Assembly (NCBI RefSeq): GCF_000007145.1 | Contig: NC_003902.1 | Location: forward strand, 1,327,436 to 1,359,435 | Length of the DNA stretch: 32,000 nt | From: Xanthomonas campestris pv. campestris str. ATCC 33913 | GTDB taxonomy: Bacteria; Pseudomonadota; Gammaproteobacteria; Xanthomonadales; Xanthomonadaceae | Reading direction: 5' to 3' | Shown here: positions 31,795-32,000 of the stretch, piece by piece | How positions within the stretch are numbered: the stretch's first letter is position 1 | How the letters are laid out: every line of letters begins with the position of its first letter | Made by a program: the position numbers and the translations under genes | The notes under the pieces: model-generated | What the model was told of the DNA's origin: nothing | What the model saw: the letters and a program-made list of their open reading frames with translations, nothing else | Databases searched by the model: none

Positions 31795-32000
31795 ATGATC
31801 CTTTCGACCTACTTCGCAGCGATCTCTGCGTTGTCTTACGCAGACCGTCTTCCGATCTATACGAGCAGGATGCTTGTTGGTGCTTGGCCACAGGGTCTGC
31901 AGCACCTCCAGCAACGTCGCGAGGGGCAGGCAGCTCCGGATGGCAGCGACGACGAAGTCGCATTGCTGGGCGCCAGCGCCGATGCCTTGTTGATTCTGGA
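31795..32000 (+). CDS. hrpX: 5' end of the AraC-family hrp regulator HrpX (partial, runs off the right edge)
   Basis: Absent from the ORF track because it has no in-window stop. Hand translation from the ATG at 31795 gives MILSTYFAAISALSYADRLPIYTSRMLVGAWPQGLQHLQQRREGQAAPDGSDDEVALLGASADALLIL..., open to the window end. The call rests on the divergent arrangement with hrpG and my recollection of the HrpX N-terminus. The AraC HTH domain would lie outside the window. Confidence 0.65.
   Translation, partial: MILSTYFAAISALSYADRLPIYTSRMLVGAWPQGLQHLQQRREGQAAPDGSDDEVALLGASADALLIL

Overview
High-GC bacterial chromosome segment. Spot counts of 60-nt lines inside core genes give 63-70% GC. Gene content and order point to a Xanthomonas-type gammaproteobacterium. 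I support 26 protein-coding genes (two cut by the window edges) and one tRNA-Thr(CGU).

Most of the window is core housekeeping:
- Left end: an EEP-family phosphodiesterase (partial), bpt, a secreted five-EF-hand protein, an ECF sigma factor fused to a polytopic membrane domain, and a small membrane protein.
- Minus-strand block: tesB, an enoyl-CoA hydratase, a 4HBT thioesterase and uvrA.
- Plus-strand genes, with rpsT on the minus strand between obg and murJ: rplU-rpmA-obg, murJ, ribF-ileS-lspA-ispH, tRNA-Thr, cyoABCD, an M61 peptidase, radA and a DUF805 protein.

The last ~2.3 kb changes character. GC drops to about 55% by hand count over 31141-31800. This part carries hrpG (OmpR-family response regulator) and the 5' end of hrpX, the known master regulators of Xanthomonas hrp type III secretion. 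They are divergently arranged around an 825-bp spacer full of dyad and direct repeats.

I found no CRISPR array, transposase, integrase, prophage or recognisable defence or toxin system, and cannot claim a clearly novel multi-gene system here. The observations most worth follow-up are:
1. The membrane-embedded, apparently one-component ECF sigma factor, which has no separate anti-sigma gene.
2. A 145-bp palindromic element with heptamer-repeat, G-quadruplex-capable arms directly in front of an obg start that lacks a Shine-Dalgarno sequence.
3. A related (GAATCCC)n microsatellite in a 584-bp non-coding gap before radA.
4. The nested symmetry elements in the hrpG and hrpX control regions, and the degenerate receiver residues of HrpG.

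The many long antisense ORFs in the track are high-GC artefacts.
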